Shown here: positions 50,377-60,410 of the stretch, piece after piece | How the letters are laid out: every line of letters starts with the position of its first letter | Position numbering within the stretch: the first letter of the stretch is position 1 | Origin: Candidatus Poribacteria bacterium | GTDB taxonomy: Bacteria; Poribacteria; WGA-4E; JAJDTR01 | NCBI GenBank assembly: GCA_965222225.1 | Contig: CBDCTK010000002.1 | Location: forward strand, 3,520,001-3,584,000 | DNA length: 64,000 bases | Direction of reading: 5' to 3' | The notes under the pieces: model-generated | What the model was told of the DNA's origin: nothing | The model's input: the letters and a program-made list of their open reading frames with translations, nothing else | Database searches by the model: none | Made by a program: the position numbers and the translations under genes

Positions 50377-52776
50377 TTAACCCGACGTTTTCTCGAATCG
50401 CACACTAGCATGTATCAATTCGTTTGTTGGGCTGAAGGTCAACTCGAAAATCGGGGCATTCAAACTGTACTGATAGTTTGCGCCGTAACAGGATGTCCCT
50501 GCGGGGACGTACCCCTCCGGCACATGAATAAATAGTGTGCCCTTGCCGTGTCGGGGCAATTTGCAGACGGCGAGGAAACTTTGACTCTTTCGATCCCAGC
50601 CGGCAGACAGAATCTCCACGCCGCCCTGAGTAAAGTGAATGTCCGTGGAAATCAGTTGGGGTGTATCTCGTTCAGCACGTAAACAGAGGAGTCTTGCCGC
50701 ACGTGACGGCATATCCGACACGGCTACCCTTCCCCGGACGACGCCTAGGTATTGTCGATTCCAAAAATCGTGTACAAGATAGAATTTGGACGAATCTAAA
50801 CCGAGTGCGCCCAGATCCAAATTGACATCATCGACCTGGTCCTTCCAATTGAACACCCCCAAGATATTCCAAGAATCGAAGGAAGCCTTTACTTGCATAT
50901 GCCAAATCTGCGGAAACCTGGTCTGATAAAGATCTATCGGTGTTGCTGGCTTTCCGATGAGCGGAAACAGTTTCGCCAACAATTCCGCACGTGCCGGGCT
51001 CAACGATGAAAACTCGTCCGCACATGTCATAATCCCACCGCTTAAGGCTGCCGCCGTCAATGCCACAATGACTTCGTTCATAGGGCGCGGCTCGTTGATT
51101 GTTATTGCGCCGAACTCATTTGTCCACGCGGTGTTGTGCATTGACATATACGCGGCATGGGCACTAATTATGTGCTTCAACCCGCGCGAATCATTCCAAA
51201 GCCCACTAACAAGATGGTCGCCATCGGTCGCAAGTGGATAATTCAGTGAGAAGCCACCTATACTTGGCGTCGAGCACGTATTGTGTCCTTCGAGGAGAAC
51301 CTCCCTTGGGCTCTCGCCAATGACTTGGTTCAATAATTGGATTCCAAGGCGGTATAGTTCAACAGAGGTGAGCGATTTATCGTGCCAAACAAAATCGCCG
51401 AATTCTGCCAATGGTCCAATTGTATAAGACAACAGATTCACCTTGATGAGGTCATAACCCCACTCATCAACAATTTGTCGGAGGCGCTTCTGTATATTCG
51501 CTCGTGCTTCGCGCTGAGAAACGTCAAGTAATGCGACCGTCGTACCGCCTTCTAGCGTTACCGTGGCAGGTTTGTCGTCACGATTCTTCAGGAAGTATTC
51601 GGGATGGCGTTTAATTAAGTTGGAGTCGGCGGCGACGCTGAACGGATCGAATCGGATTCCGGTTTTCAAGCCCTTCGCGTGGATCTTGTCTACAACAGGT
51701 TTCATGCCATCAGGAAAGTATTGCGGGTGCACCGCGTTGCTCCCAATGGACTGCTGCCACTCATCTTCGATCTGGATGTATTCTACACTCCCCGGCTGCG
51801 ATGGATCGAACAACCGGTTTTGTGAAATCTGGCTGACTTGACCAAGAATATAGGCTGCATCTACCTGTTTCTTCTTGCCATTACGCTGGGCGTTCCATCC
51901 GGAAAATGCACTTTCCGATTTTTGCGCATTCATGCGTTTTGCGACCATTTCAGTGTAAAGTTGATAGGAGTCTATGGGGGGCGCACAAAAATTGAGGTAC
52001 GTGAGTTCCGACTTTATTTCCTTCCCCGGTCCACACGGTTGATGTTCACACCGATGAAGCAACGCCCAACTATCAATCCCCTTCTCTTTTTGATCCTTTT
52101 GCGTTTGAGAATCGTATCCGACATCAACGGTTGACCACCACTTATGGGCGCTAATAAAGCCGAATACTAGAGAACGTTGGCTGTTTGTATCGTAGAGGAC
52201 GCCGTCGTAACATGCCTGCGACGAGATTTGCTTGTTGATGCTGAACCCGTCATATATCTTCTTTACCCCTTGGTTGAGAGACGGATTCACATTGAGAAAA
52301 AGATGGTAATCCGAAGGGACACTTCCCAAGTAAACCCCTCCACGCGCGTCCGGATTGTGCGAGGACACGCCGATAACAGTGATCCGATCCAACGTAATGT
52401 CAGCATCACCTAGGTTCTCAACACCGACCGTCAGAATAATGTAAGGCGCTTTGCTATAGCACTTCAAATACAGGTTAATCCGTATACCCTTCGCCCTCGA
52501 TTGGCAGGAAAATTTCACCCGCTGATAAACGCCGAGTTCATCTTCTTGGGTGGCATCCGCGAGGAACTCACGAGTTCCATCGGACTCTGAAGTGGCGAGC
52601 GCTGTCCCATCCTGAAGTACAATCCTCGTGTAAGCATTTCTGATAATCGTATGTCCTGTCTGATCTACATAGTCCCATGTACCCTTTGAGAGATTGAACT
52701 TTACTTGAAACTGTTTGTTTTGTGCCACGACGGAACCACCTTGCCTCGTGACAGCCAAATCACTAACTCTTTGCAT
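50377..52776 (-). CDS. GH36 alpha-galactosidase-like protein (catalytic motifs degenerate)
   Basis: QIEDEW, FPDGMKPVVDKIHAKGLKTG, LDVS...A, WGYDLIKVN, GVFNW. Confidence 0.7.
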   Translation of the reverse strand: MQRVSDLAVTRQGGSVVAQNKQFQVKFNLSKGTWDYVDQTGHTIIRNAYTRIVLQDGTALATSESDGTREFLADATQEDELGVYQRVKFSCQSRAKGIRINLYLKCYSKAPYIILTVGVENLGDADITLDRITVIGVSSHNPDARGGVYLGSVPSDYHLFLNVNPSLNQGVKKIYDGFSINKQISSQACYDGVLYDTNSQRSLVFGFISAHKWWSTVDVGYDSQTQKDQKEKGIDSWALLHRCEHQPCGPGKEIKSELTYLNFCAPPIDSYQLYTEMVAKRMNAQKSESAFSGWNAQRNGKKKQVDAAYILGQVSQISQNRLFDPSQPGSVEYIQIEDEWQQSIGSNAVHPQYFPDGMKPVVDKIHAKGLKTGIRFDPFSVAADSNLIKRHPEYFLKNRDDKPATVTLEGGTTVALLDVSQREARANIQKRLRQIVDEWGYDLIKVNLLSYTIGPLAEFGDFVWHDKSLTSVELYRLGIQLLNQVIGESPREVLLEGHNTCSTPSIGGFSLNYPLATDGDHLVSGLWNDSRGLKHIISAHAAYMSMHNTAWTNEFGAITINEPRPMNEVIVALTAAALSGGIMTCADEFSSLSPARAELLAKLFPLIGKPATPIDLYQTRFPQIWHMQVKASFDSWNILGVFNWKDQVDDVNLDLGALGLDSSKFYLVHDFWNRQYLGVVRGRVAVSDMPSRAARLLCLRAERDTPQLISTDIHFTQGGVEILSAGWDRKSQSFLAVCKLPRHGKGTLFIHVPEGYVPAGTSCYGANYQYSLNAPIFELTFSPTNELIHASVRFEKTSG

Positions 52777-53578
52777 TATGCGGGTTAAACCTCCATCTGA
52801 ACAAAAAACTGGAACCAGAGGTGCGTAGCGAATCAAGTTCTCTGAGAAAAGCGCGCATCTGCGGGTTCATGTCAAAAATACGTGTGAACCGTTTTTCGGG
52901 CATTCGACAGAAGTGTTTAAGTGAGGTCAGTCAAAGGATGAGAAAATTTCCGCCCTTTTTCACGGGTTTTCCTTTGACTATAGGGGGTTGCCCGAAGGGA
53001 GCAGGAGAGTGAAGGGGTGGGTGTGCCACATATTCTCGGGGTTATCTCTTGAACTTCAGACCGTTTGCGTAACGGCAGGGCTTTGATCCGAAACATCAAC
53101 GTGACTCAGGAGAACCGATTGCCACAACGAATTTGATAGGTGTCACACACACCTTGAATGATGAATCACCCTCGGCTAGCCAAGTATTTAAGTATAGCTT
53201 AGAGACCTCAACAAAGTCAAAAGCAAAATCTAAATTTGGCGGCGTAGATGTCAACAATCGTTGACCCCATACTTGTAGGGCACGCACTGCGACCAAGGGA
53301 AAGGATTCTATCTTGATTTGATGATTGAGATTATTTTCAAGGTAAATTGGGTTACTTCAAATGGCTTTTTAAACTGATTCTATACACGGTTTGACCGAGA
53401 ATCGCCAGTCCCCGATTTACCCTCTTACCCTTTCCTTGCTTAACTGGTCACTCGCCATTATCCACTGCCTTTCCGCATTTTCTTTTGTGTTCAAATTTCT
53501 ATTGGGGTATAATTGTTTTCAATGGCAGCCGATCAGACCATGGGATATGTCAACAGTACGCCTGCGCAAGGAGAGTTC

Positions 53579-53824
53579 ATGAAAGTTACAGTAAAATACT
53601 TTGCTGTGTGTCACGAAGAATTGGGGAGAGAGGAAGAGGAGATGGAGTTGCCAGAGGGGGCGACCTTAAGAGATATTCTGAATCGCCTTGAGGAGGAATG
53701 GCCCGAGATTACCGAGTTTTATCAGGTAATGCAGATGTCTGTTAACTGGGACTATGCAACAGAGGACACCGAACTCTCAGAGGGAGATGAGGTCGCACTG
53801 ATTCCGCCCGTGACGGGAGGTTAA
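53579..53824 (+). CDS. moaD: Molybdopterin synthase sulfur carrier
   Basis: VKYFA...VN......L..GDEVALIPPVTGG. Confidence 0.93.
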   Translation: MKVTVKYFAVCHEELGREEEEMELPEGATLRDILNRLEEEWPEITEFYQVMQMSVNWDYATEDTELSEGDEVALIPPVTGG

Positions 53825-53825
53825 G

Positions 53826-54269
53826 ATGTTCAAGATTACTCGTGAAATTATCTCCCCTCAAAGTGTCATTGGTGCCGTAGAAGCTGATAATGCGGGAGCA
53901 ATCGTGCATTTCATGGGAACCGTGCGGAACAACACGGGCGGACGCAAAACGTTGTACCTTGAATATGAAGCCTACGCGCCGATGGCGGAAAAAAAGATGA
54001 CGGAGATTGGCCAAGAGATTCAGGAGAAGTGGGGGCTGGAGCGCGTCGCTATGATTCATCGCGTCGGACGGCTGGAAATTGGCGAGGTGAGCGTTGCGGT
54101 CGCCGTTGCATCGCCACACCGCAGTGACGGATTCGAGGCGTGCAAATACGCCATGGATCGGCTCAAGCAGGTGGTGCCAATCTGGAAACGCGAAATCTGG
54201 GAGAATGGCGCAGAGGAGTGGGTGAAGCCGGATCCGATCTTTTTTGATGCCAATCGGGGCGTGCATTAG
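53826..54269 (+). CDS. moaE: Molybdopterin synthase catalytic subunit
   Basis: GAIVHFMGTVR, LEYEAY.PMA, HRVGRL, SPHR, PIWKRE. Confidence 0.95.
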   Translation: MFKITREIISPQSVIGAVEADNAGAIVHFMGTVRNNTGGRKTLYLEYEAYAPMAEKKMTEIGQEIQEKWGLERVAMIHRVGRLEIGEVSVAVAVASPHRSDGFEACKYAMDRLKQVVPIWKREIWENGAEEWVKPDPIFFDANRGVH

Positions 54270-54353
54270 GTCGGATTCATGACGCTTATCAAATTAGAGA
54301 TTTGACTAGGAGGCCTTACAATCACATCTTTTTCAACCCGCACCTCGCGGGCT

Positions 54354-55382
54354 TTACCTTTGCCACCACCTCTTGCCCCGAGATTTATTTCCTACCACCT
54401 CTTGGCCGGCAGTGGACTCCAACGACTTGAGCAAATGTGAGATCTCTTTGTCCTTCCCAGATATTGCTAGCGTTTCTTGACACGCCTTAATTGCGCGTTT
54501 GCCCATCGTTTCATTTCCCTCCGATTGATATGCAACCCCGCAAATTTGCGCGACTGCGCGATTATAGTCGGCAGGATCCACATCTCCTGGCGGGATGTCC
54601 CCTATCTGCTTAAGCGCCAATAATCCATCTTCCCATGACTGAGCCTTGGCATCACAGATTACCTTGTGACACAGCAAATCCGAGTTTGAATCGTCCAACC
54701 AATATGCCTGTTCGTAGCAGGCGGCGGCTTCGGCATAGGCTTCATTGACGACGTGCAATTTCGCCAGCTCGGTATAAAAAACGCATAGCCCACTTTCTTG
54801 AATCGTGTAGAGATTGGATCGCGTATTTGCGAGCCAGTCTCGTTCCTCTAGGAACTCAATCGCGCTATTCTTCTCCTCGTTGGTTATTATCACCTCGGTA
54901 AGTAGATGTTTTGCGACAGCCGCGTTCGGGTAGATTTTTGTACGGCTCTTCATGAGGGGGTAGGCTTGCACCCCTTTATCCATCTGAAGAAGCTTCAAGC
55001 CAGTCGCAATTCGGAACAGAGAGACAATCTGGTCGCTATTCTTCCGCGCCCTTTCTTCAAAAATTACCTGCTGATTTTGCGCTATGTGTCGGTTTAACAC
55101 GCTCAACTCGTCTTTATATTCCGTAACCCCGGGACTGAGTTGGTGCGCCTTGCCAAGAAACCTTTGCGCGGCAAAAATCTCATTCCATTCTCGATAGATT
55201 AAACCGAGCTGAAAATTCACCTGAGCGAGCAAATCGGTCTCGGACGCGATAAGCATGATAGCATCATAGGCTTGGATCGCACTTGCCAATTCTCCCTCAT
55301 CAGTCAAAGTTTGGGCATGACCGATAAGTTCATCCAGCGAAGACCGTACGCTATCCTTGTTTAGGAGAAAATCCTTCCGCAT
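54354..55382 (-). CDS. TPR-like helical repeat hypothetical protein
   Basis: FQLGLIY...A......A..L.P and AAACYEQAYWLD helical repeats. Confidence 0.65.
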   Translation of the reverse strand: MRKDFLLNKDSVRSSLDELIGHAQTLTDEGELASAIQAYDAIMLIASETDLLAQVNFQLGLIYREWNEIFAAQRFLGKAHQLSPGVTEYKDELSVLNRHIAQNQQVIFEERARKNSDQIVSLFRIATGLKLLQMDKGVQAYPLMKSRTKIYPNAAVAKHLLTEVIITNEEKNSAIEFLEERDWLANTRSNLYTIQESGLCVFYTELAKLHVVNEAYAEAAACYEQAYWLDDSNSDLLCHKVICDAKAQSWEDGLLALKQIGDIPPGDVDPADYNRAVAQICGVAYQSEGNETMGKRAIKACQETLAISGKDKEISHLLKSLESTAGQEVVGNKSRGKRWWQR

Positions 55383-55396
55383 ATGTCATCCGTGTC

Positions 55397-55615
55397 TTAT
55401 ATCTCAGCGGGATTGTCAGACACCCAGTCTTGGGTGTTCTCGGTAAATCGATCTGCCAACTCTTCCGAAATCGTCTGCTTGAGCAGTTCGATGAGATCCT
55501 GGCGAAATTTTCCCCAATCTCCTCCTCGTCGTGTAAATCGATACTCGCTATCGATCTCGACAAACATTGTGTCCTTCGGTTGAGAAAGAGATTCAAAGTA
55601 ACGCACAACTTTCAT
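55397..55615 (-). CDS. Small hypothetical protein (72 aa)
   Basis: GGAGG RBS before ATG 55615; 14 bp from the downstream gene. Confidence 0.6.
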   Translation of the reverse strand: MKVVRYFESLSQPKDTMFVEIDSEYRFTRRGGDWGKFRQDLIELLKQTISEELADRFTENTQDWVSDNPAEI

Positions 55616-55805
55616 ACCGCCTCCACGAATTATTGTAGATTGAAAATTGACATCCGTCAATTTATACTATTTTAAGATTAGAACTTTGCGGGTTCCCGGT
55701 AGGGAATAATGAGGGAGTTCTATCGCCTTGGGATCTCTATCGCACTCCCTGTTCGGTCATTTGATCTATCCGCTCGGTTGATCGTCCTATAATTTTACTT
55801 GAACT

Positions 55806-57197
55806 TCATTTTAATTGGATCAAGACTGCCCAATGATCTTCGGTCGGAGCAGACAATGTCATGCTATCGCTGAAACGGATTTTCTTTTTCCGTGTCCATT
55901 CGCTTTTGCCGATATCTAGCCATCTGATTGTTAGCGTTTTGGTATCTGTCCTCTCACCAGCACCCAGATTGATATCGACCGAACCGCCACTCGGAAAGTA
56001 GATAGCGTATTCTCGTCCCGGGTTTGCGATGGCATACGCGCTGTTTTCTGCCCTGCTGGAAAGCAAGTCATTGTGAGGTTCACACGTAAAAATATCCATT
56101 TTGTCCGTAAGGCTTCGCATAGTTTTGATGTGTGCTTGTGCGGTTTCGTTCAGACCGATCCCGCCGTCAGGACGGTGAAACCGGGCTGACGCCAATCCGC
56201 CGAGAATATTTCGCCAAAACCGCTCCAACCCATCCTGTGTACTGCCGAATCGTCCTCCATCAGCGCCGTAAATCTTAATATTATTGATAGGACGGATCGG
56301 CGAGAGTTTTTCCCGATATCTTTGGGCGTTATCCCAATGCCTCTGCCTTTTCTGATGGTTATTCTGTGATAAATCACAAAACGAGTAGGTTTCAGGATGG
56401 TCGAATGTTGCTCTATGCTTCTCGTCGAATATATCCCACGGACCCCACATCTCCGTAGTCTCAACGGTGCGGCCGGCCGCTGCTGCCTGTTTCTGGATGT
56501 ACGTTGCCCAGTACTCGCCCCATTCAGGAGTGACAGCGGTCTCGTTGTCCATGCAGTAGAGCACATGCCCATACTGAAGCGTCTCAGACAGAAGTTTACC
56601 CACAAATTTTTGCTGATATTTTAAGACAATCTGCTGATTGCGCTCTTTCGGCACAGACCAGAAACAATTGTTCGCCGACGCAACAGGATGGCTTTTGACA
56701 ACAGTGGGTAGCCCTGTCTCCTCTGCAGTGTAATTACTATTATTTTTGGGATTGAAAGGATTAGCATCCCAAGGCTCGCGGTAATAGTTGAAGGTTGCCC
56801 ACACCTCAATCTGGACGATAATATCTAATTCGCGGGTCAATGTAATGAAGGCACGAAAACGTCTCCAAAATTCGTTGTTCCACTGATTTAAGTCAAATCG
56901 GTCTCCGACCTTTTTGAATGGCGGCACATCGCCTTCATCAACCCAACTCATCGTAGACCGTACATAATTACCACCGACCGACTTCAGCAGTTCAAGATGC
57001 TCTTTGAGATTGGGAATCTGAAATAGATTATCCTCGACTGATCCGCCGATTAGCAGAATCGGCTCACCTTTATACTGCCAATAACGCGGGTTTGCTGGAT
57101 AAATCCCGATCCGCTCTTTTTCCATCCCTGTGTCCTCTTCGGCTTTGGTTTCCTGTGCTGCCGAGCAAAGAGGTATGAATGTAACCAAAGCTAACAC
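55806..57197 (-). CDS. Exported glycoside-hydrolase-like (DUF4038/DUF6298-type TIM barrel) protein with C-terminal beta domain
   Basis: NPRYWQYKGEP, DLNQWNNEFW.R, DNE, Y.IANPGREYAIYFP.GG; 5' end appears frameshifted. Confidence 0.65.
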   Translation of the reverse strand: MLALVTFIPLCSAAQETKAEEDTGMEKERIGIYPANPRYWQYKGEPILLIGGSVEDNLFQIPNLKEHLELLKSVGGNYVRSTMSWVDEGDVPPFKKVGDRFDLNQWNNEFWRRFRAFITLTRELDIIVQIEVWATFNYYREPWDANPFNPKNNSNYTAEETGLPTVVKSHPVASANNCFWSVPKERNQQIVLKYQQKFVGKLLSETLQYGHVLYCMDNETAVTPEWGEYWATYIQKQAAAAGRTVETTEMWGPWDIFDEKHRATFDHPETYSFCDLSQNNHQKRQRHWDNAQRYREKLSPIRPINNIKIYGADGGRFGSTQDGLERFWRNILGGLASARFHRPDGGIGLNETAQAHIKTMRSLTDKMDIFTCEPHNDLLSSRAENSAYAIANPGREYAIYFPSGGSVDINLGAGERTDTKTLTIRWLDIGKSEWTRKKKIRFSDSMTLSAPTEDHWAVLIQLK

Positions 57198-57366
57198 AAG
57201 CTTGCCGAGGGCTAACTGTTGTCCCCACAGACTTTCATAAAATTCTCCGGAATTAGTAGCTTGTAGCTTTTAGACTGACGACAAACATAAAACTTGGTAC
57301 CCTGTCGTAAATCTTTTCGTCACACGTAGATGTCCATAGTGACTATTCTTCTCGTAGGAGTTTGCT

Positions 57367-58221
57367 ATGGACATTTTGAATCTTATGAAAGAGTTTCCAA
57401 ATCAAGAATCTTGTCTCAGATTTATAGAGGAAAAACGTTGGAAGGACGGTGTTTGCTGTATCCACTGTGGCAGTGAAAAAGTTGGACGCAAGAACAAAAA
57501 CGACATTACTACTGGTTGGAATTGCTACGATTGTGAATCTAGCTTTTCGGCTACAGCAGGAACCATCTTCCATGGTACCAAGATACCTCTCCAGAAATGG
57601 TTTTTGGCTATCTCAATTCTTTCCAATGCCAAGAAAAGCATATCGAGTTGTCAGCTTGCTCGTGACTTGGACATGAATCAAAAGTCCGCTTGGTATATGG
57701 CAATGCGCCTCCGTGAGAAAATGAGTGATAGTGATGAATTGCTGAAAGGGATAGTTGAAGCGGACGAAACCTATGTCGGCGGCAAACCCAGAGCAAAATC
57801 TAAGAGAGGTAGAGGCACAAATAAATCTCCCGTCATCGGCGTAGTCGAGAGAGGCGGTCGGGTGGTTGCTAAATTCATGAAGGTTCTATCTGGTGAAAAT
57901 ATCAGAGAATTCATCCTTAGCAATGTCTCACCCGATGAGTCTATTCTTATGACTGATGAATTTCGCTCTTACAATAGTCTGGACGAAGATATCGAAAGAC
58001 ATGTTATCCATCACCAAGAGAGATATGTTTCTGAGGACGGCGTAACTCACACCAACACCATCGAGTCGTTTTGGGCTTGTGTCAAGAGGTCATTCTACGG
58101 AACGCATCATCACTACAGCAAGAAGTGGCTGCCACTGTATATCATGGAGTCTTGCTGGAAATATAATCGCAGAAAAGATGATGAGATTTTCATAAGATTT
58201 TTTGATGAATGCTTCACCTGA
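57367..58221 (+). mobile_element. IS1595-family transposase (Zn ribbon + DDE)
   Basis: CIHCGS...CYDC, GTIFHGTKIPLQKWF, VEADETYVGG, MTDE, HTNTIESFW. Confidence 0.92.
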
Positions 58222-58572
58222 GCCACATGAATTGTTTGGCTATCGGTATATTCTGTCAACGACAACATCATGGTGTGCTGAAAATCCCATAGTGTTGGAA
58301 ATTAAAATCCCGCAGATAACCCGCAATGCTCCCGCGAGCATGTACAAACGCTTGGTCAACATGATATGCCTCCATTTCTCTCTTATAGAGATGTATTTTA
58401 GTGTGAATCAAGATTCCGAACACTGTCTAAAGTTATTGTACATTAAGAAGAGAAAAGCAAGCAAATCGACCAAAAAGCAGTTAACTACTAAGTCCCAAAT
58501 TCTCTCCTGAACATAAGCAAAATATGAGGGACTTGAAGCTCCATCGCTAATTTAGACCACAAATAAGCACAG

Positions 58573-59043
58573 TTAAGACGAGAGTTGTTGCTCAAATTCA
58601 ACCGGCGTCAAATAACCGAAAGCCGAGTGAGGTCGTTTTTGGTTATAAACTTGTACAATAAAATGACCGATTCGCTCTCTGGCGTCGTTTGTATCATTGT
58701 ATTCATTGAAATGGACTTCTTCTTCCTTGAGGGTTCGGATAAGTCTTTCGGCATAGCCGTTCTCCCAAAGACGCCCCCGATGCGCCAAGGAAATCTCAAT
58801 TCCATGACCAATGAGGATGGAAATATAAGCTGTCGACAGATACTAATCCCCTTGGTCACTAAGGTGGATTTCCGGAACGCTTTGGATCAATGCCTGTTGC
58901 AACGGTCTCAATGTGAGCGGTTCTGTCAAGTGCCGACTCAGTCGCCTACCTCTTACACCATTCGGGTGAACACATCAATTAACACCGAAACACAGACGAA
59001 TTGCCCCTTGAGCCGGACCTAAGTAATATCACCGACCCAAGCC
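58573..59043 (-). pseudogene. IS3-family transposase (integrase core) remnant with stops
   Basis: WVGDIT*VRL...DVFTR, SDQG, WENGYAER..RTLKEE, YNQKRPHSAFGYLTP. Confidence 0.85.
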
Positions 59044-59445
59044 TTACAGATTCTTCTTATACTTGATAAAAGTCGCTTCGATCCGTCTTTCCTCTTGGAC
59101 ATTCGTAGTAGCAATACCGGTTGTGCTTCCCTGATCTGTTCCCTCATTGTAGGTGGTTGTTTCTCCGATCTGTACTCGATCGAATCCGTGGATAATGATT
59201 CCATCAGCACCTTTCTCGCGTGCCTCTTCTAATAATTCTTCCTGCAGTTCTTCTGTGCTGATACGTGTACCCGCGTGTGCAATGGCACGTCCCATCACTA
59301 CATAATCTTCCTCTACATCGGCCTCTGAAAAGTAAAGGTCAACATGGGTGGTACCCTCATAGGATGTGCCAATATAGTCGACTCGTTCGGCACAAGCGCC
59401 AACGAATAGGACCAATACCAAGAGTGAAACAGTGTATTTGAACAT
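59044..59445 (-). CDS. Small lipoprotein
   Basis: GGAGG RBS; lipobox VGAC; A...GADGIII motif. Confidence 0.8.
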   Translation of the reverse strand: MFKYTVSLLVLVLFVGACAERVDYIGTSYEGTTHVDLYFSEADVEEDYVVMGRAIAHAGTRISTEELQEELLEEAREKGADGIIIHGFDRVQIGETTTYNEGTDQGSTTGIATTNVQEERRIEATFIKYKKNL

Positions 59446-59514
59446 GACGACCTCCTATGGAAGTAAAAGTTTGGTGTATAATGGTCCCCCCATATTCGGG
59501 CGATGAGTTAAGTA

Positions 59515-59667
59515 ACCCGAGTTGCTACCTATAACAAAGAAACCGAGTTTTTGGTTAACGAGCGCTAGATTGTGGGCAAATCGATTAGATTTCCCTCAAA
59601 CTCGCGCCTCTCCGTCGGAAAAAACTCGGTTTCTACTCATTGTTCTAATCATGGTGGCAACTCGGGT
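59515..59667. mobile_element. MITE-like element with TA flanks and nested inverted repeats
   Basis: TIRs ACCCGAGTTGCTACC / GGTGGCAACTCGGGT; inner IR AGAAACCGAGTTTTT / AAAAACTCGGTTTCT. Confidence 0.75.
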
Positions 59668-60410
59668 TAATTAACTCTAGAACTCCACTCGCAAATCCTC
59701 CAACCCGACTCAGTTGCTATTTGACGGAGCGCTTTGCCCGGATTCACGACAACGGGTGTGCCGACACAACGTAGCATCGGTAAATCCGCGCGACTATCAC
59801 CGTAAGCGAAACTCCCGGCGAGTTCAATCCCATGCTTTTTAGCGAAGGCTCTCACCACCCGCGCCTTTTCCTCCTCGCCCAGTGGCGGCGACATCAACTC
59901 ACCCGTGAACCTCCCATCTTGTTTACGGAGAGACATGGACAAAATGTGGTCTGCACCCAAATAGTCTGCAAGCGGAGTCATAATGAAATCGAGCGAACCG
60001 GTTACGAGCACGACAAAATCGCCCTTGGCTTTGTGTTCACGAATCCGATCCGCCGCGGCAGGATAGATTTTCGAGCCAAGCAGGGCATCGAATGTCTCTG
60101 AAGCCAAGCATCTCAGCCGTTCTACCTCCATCCCTCGGTAGTTCCGGTAAAAAACCTGATTAAATTTGGTGCGGCTCACGCGGTCCAAAAGGAGGTAGTA
60201 AGGGATTTTCAGAAGGAAGCCAGCCAGCCAAAACGGGCGTATCAGAGGGTGGAGCAGCAGCAACCTAAACCGCACATAGTAGTGAACGATGGTCGAATTC
60301 ACAAGGGTTCCGTCAACGTCGAAGAAGGCAGCCACCTGCGGGTTGGCATCATTGCCATTTGTGCATTCCGTCGCACCGTGAGACTCCATAGTCACATTGG
60401 GGCTATTCAT
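59667..60410 (-). CDS. HAD-IB family phosphatase
   Basis: FFDVDGTL, LVTGS, K, AYGDSRADLPML..VG.PVVVNP; ATG overlaps the upstream stop. Confidence 0.9.
   Translation of the reverse strand: MNSPNVTMESHGATECTNGNDANPQVAAFFDVDGTLVNSTIVHYYVRFRLLLLHPLIRPFWLAGFLLKIPYYLLLDRVSRTKFNQVFYRNYRGMEVERLRCLASETFDALLGSKIYPAAADRIREHKAKGDFVVLVTGSLDFIMTPLADYLGADHILSMSLRKQDGRFTGELMSPPLGEEEKARVVRAFAKKHGIELAGSFAYGDSRADLPMLRCVGTPVVVNPGKALRQIATESGWRICEWSSRVN

Noticed and set aside
52925-52985. Possible c-di-GMP riboswitch upstream of the GH36-like gene (IR AGTCAAAGGA/TCCTTTGACT)
   Set aside because: Only superficial similarity; conserved GCAAA/tetraloop-receptor elements and the second stem are not identifiable
58240-58362. 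40-aa minus-strand ORF with GGAGG RBS and signal-like sequence
   Set aside because: Too short; probably a truncated gene remnant; not supportable as a feature
57249-58496. IS1595 terminal inverted repeats (GGAATTAGTAGCTT vs TAACTACTAAGTCCC)
   Set aside because: Match is weak and no target duplication was found, so element ends are not assigned
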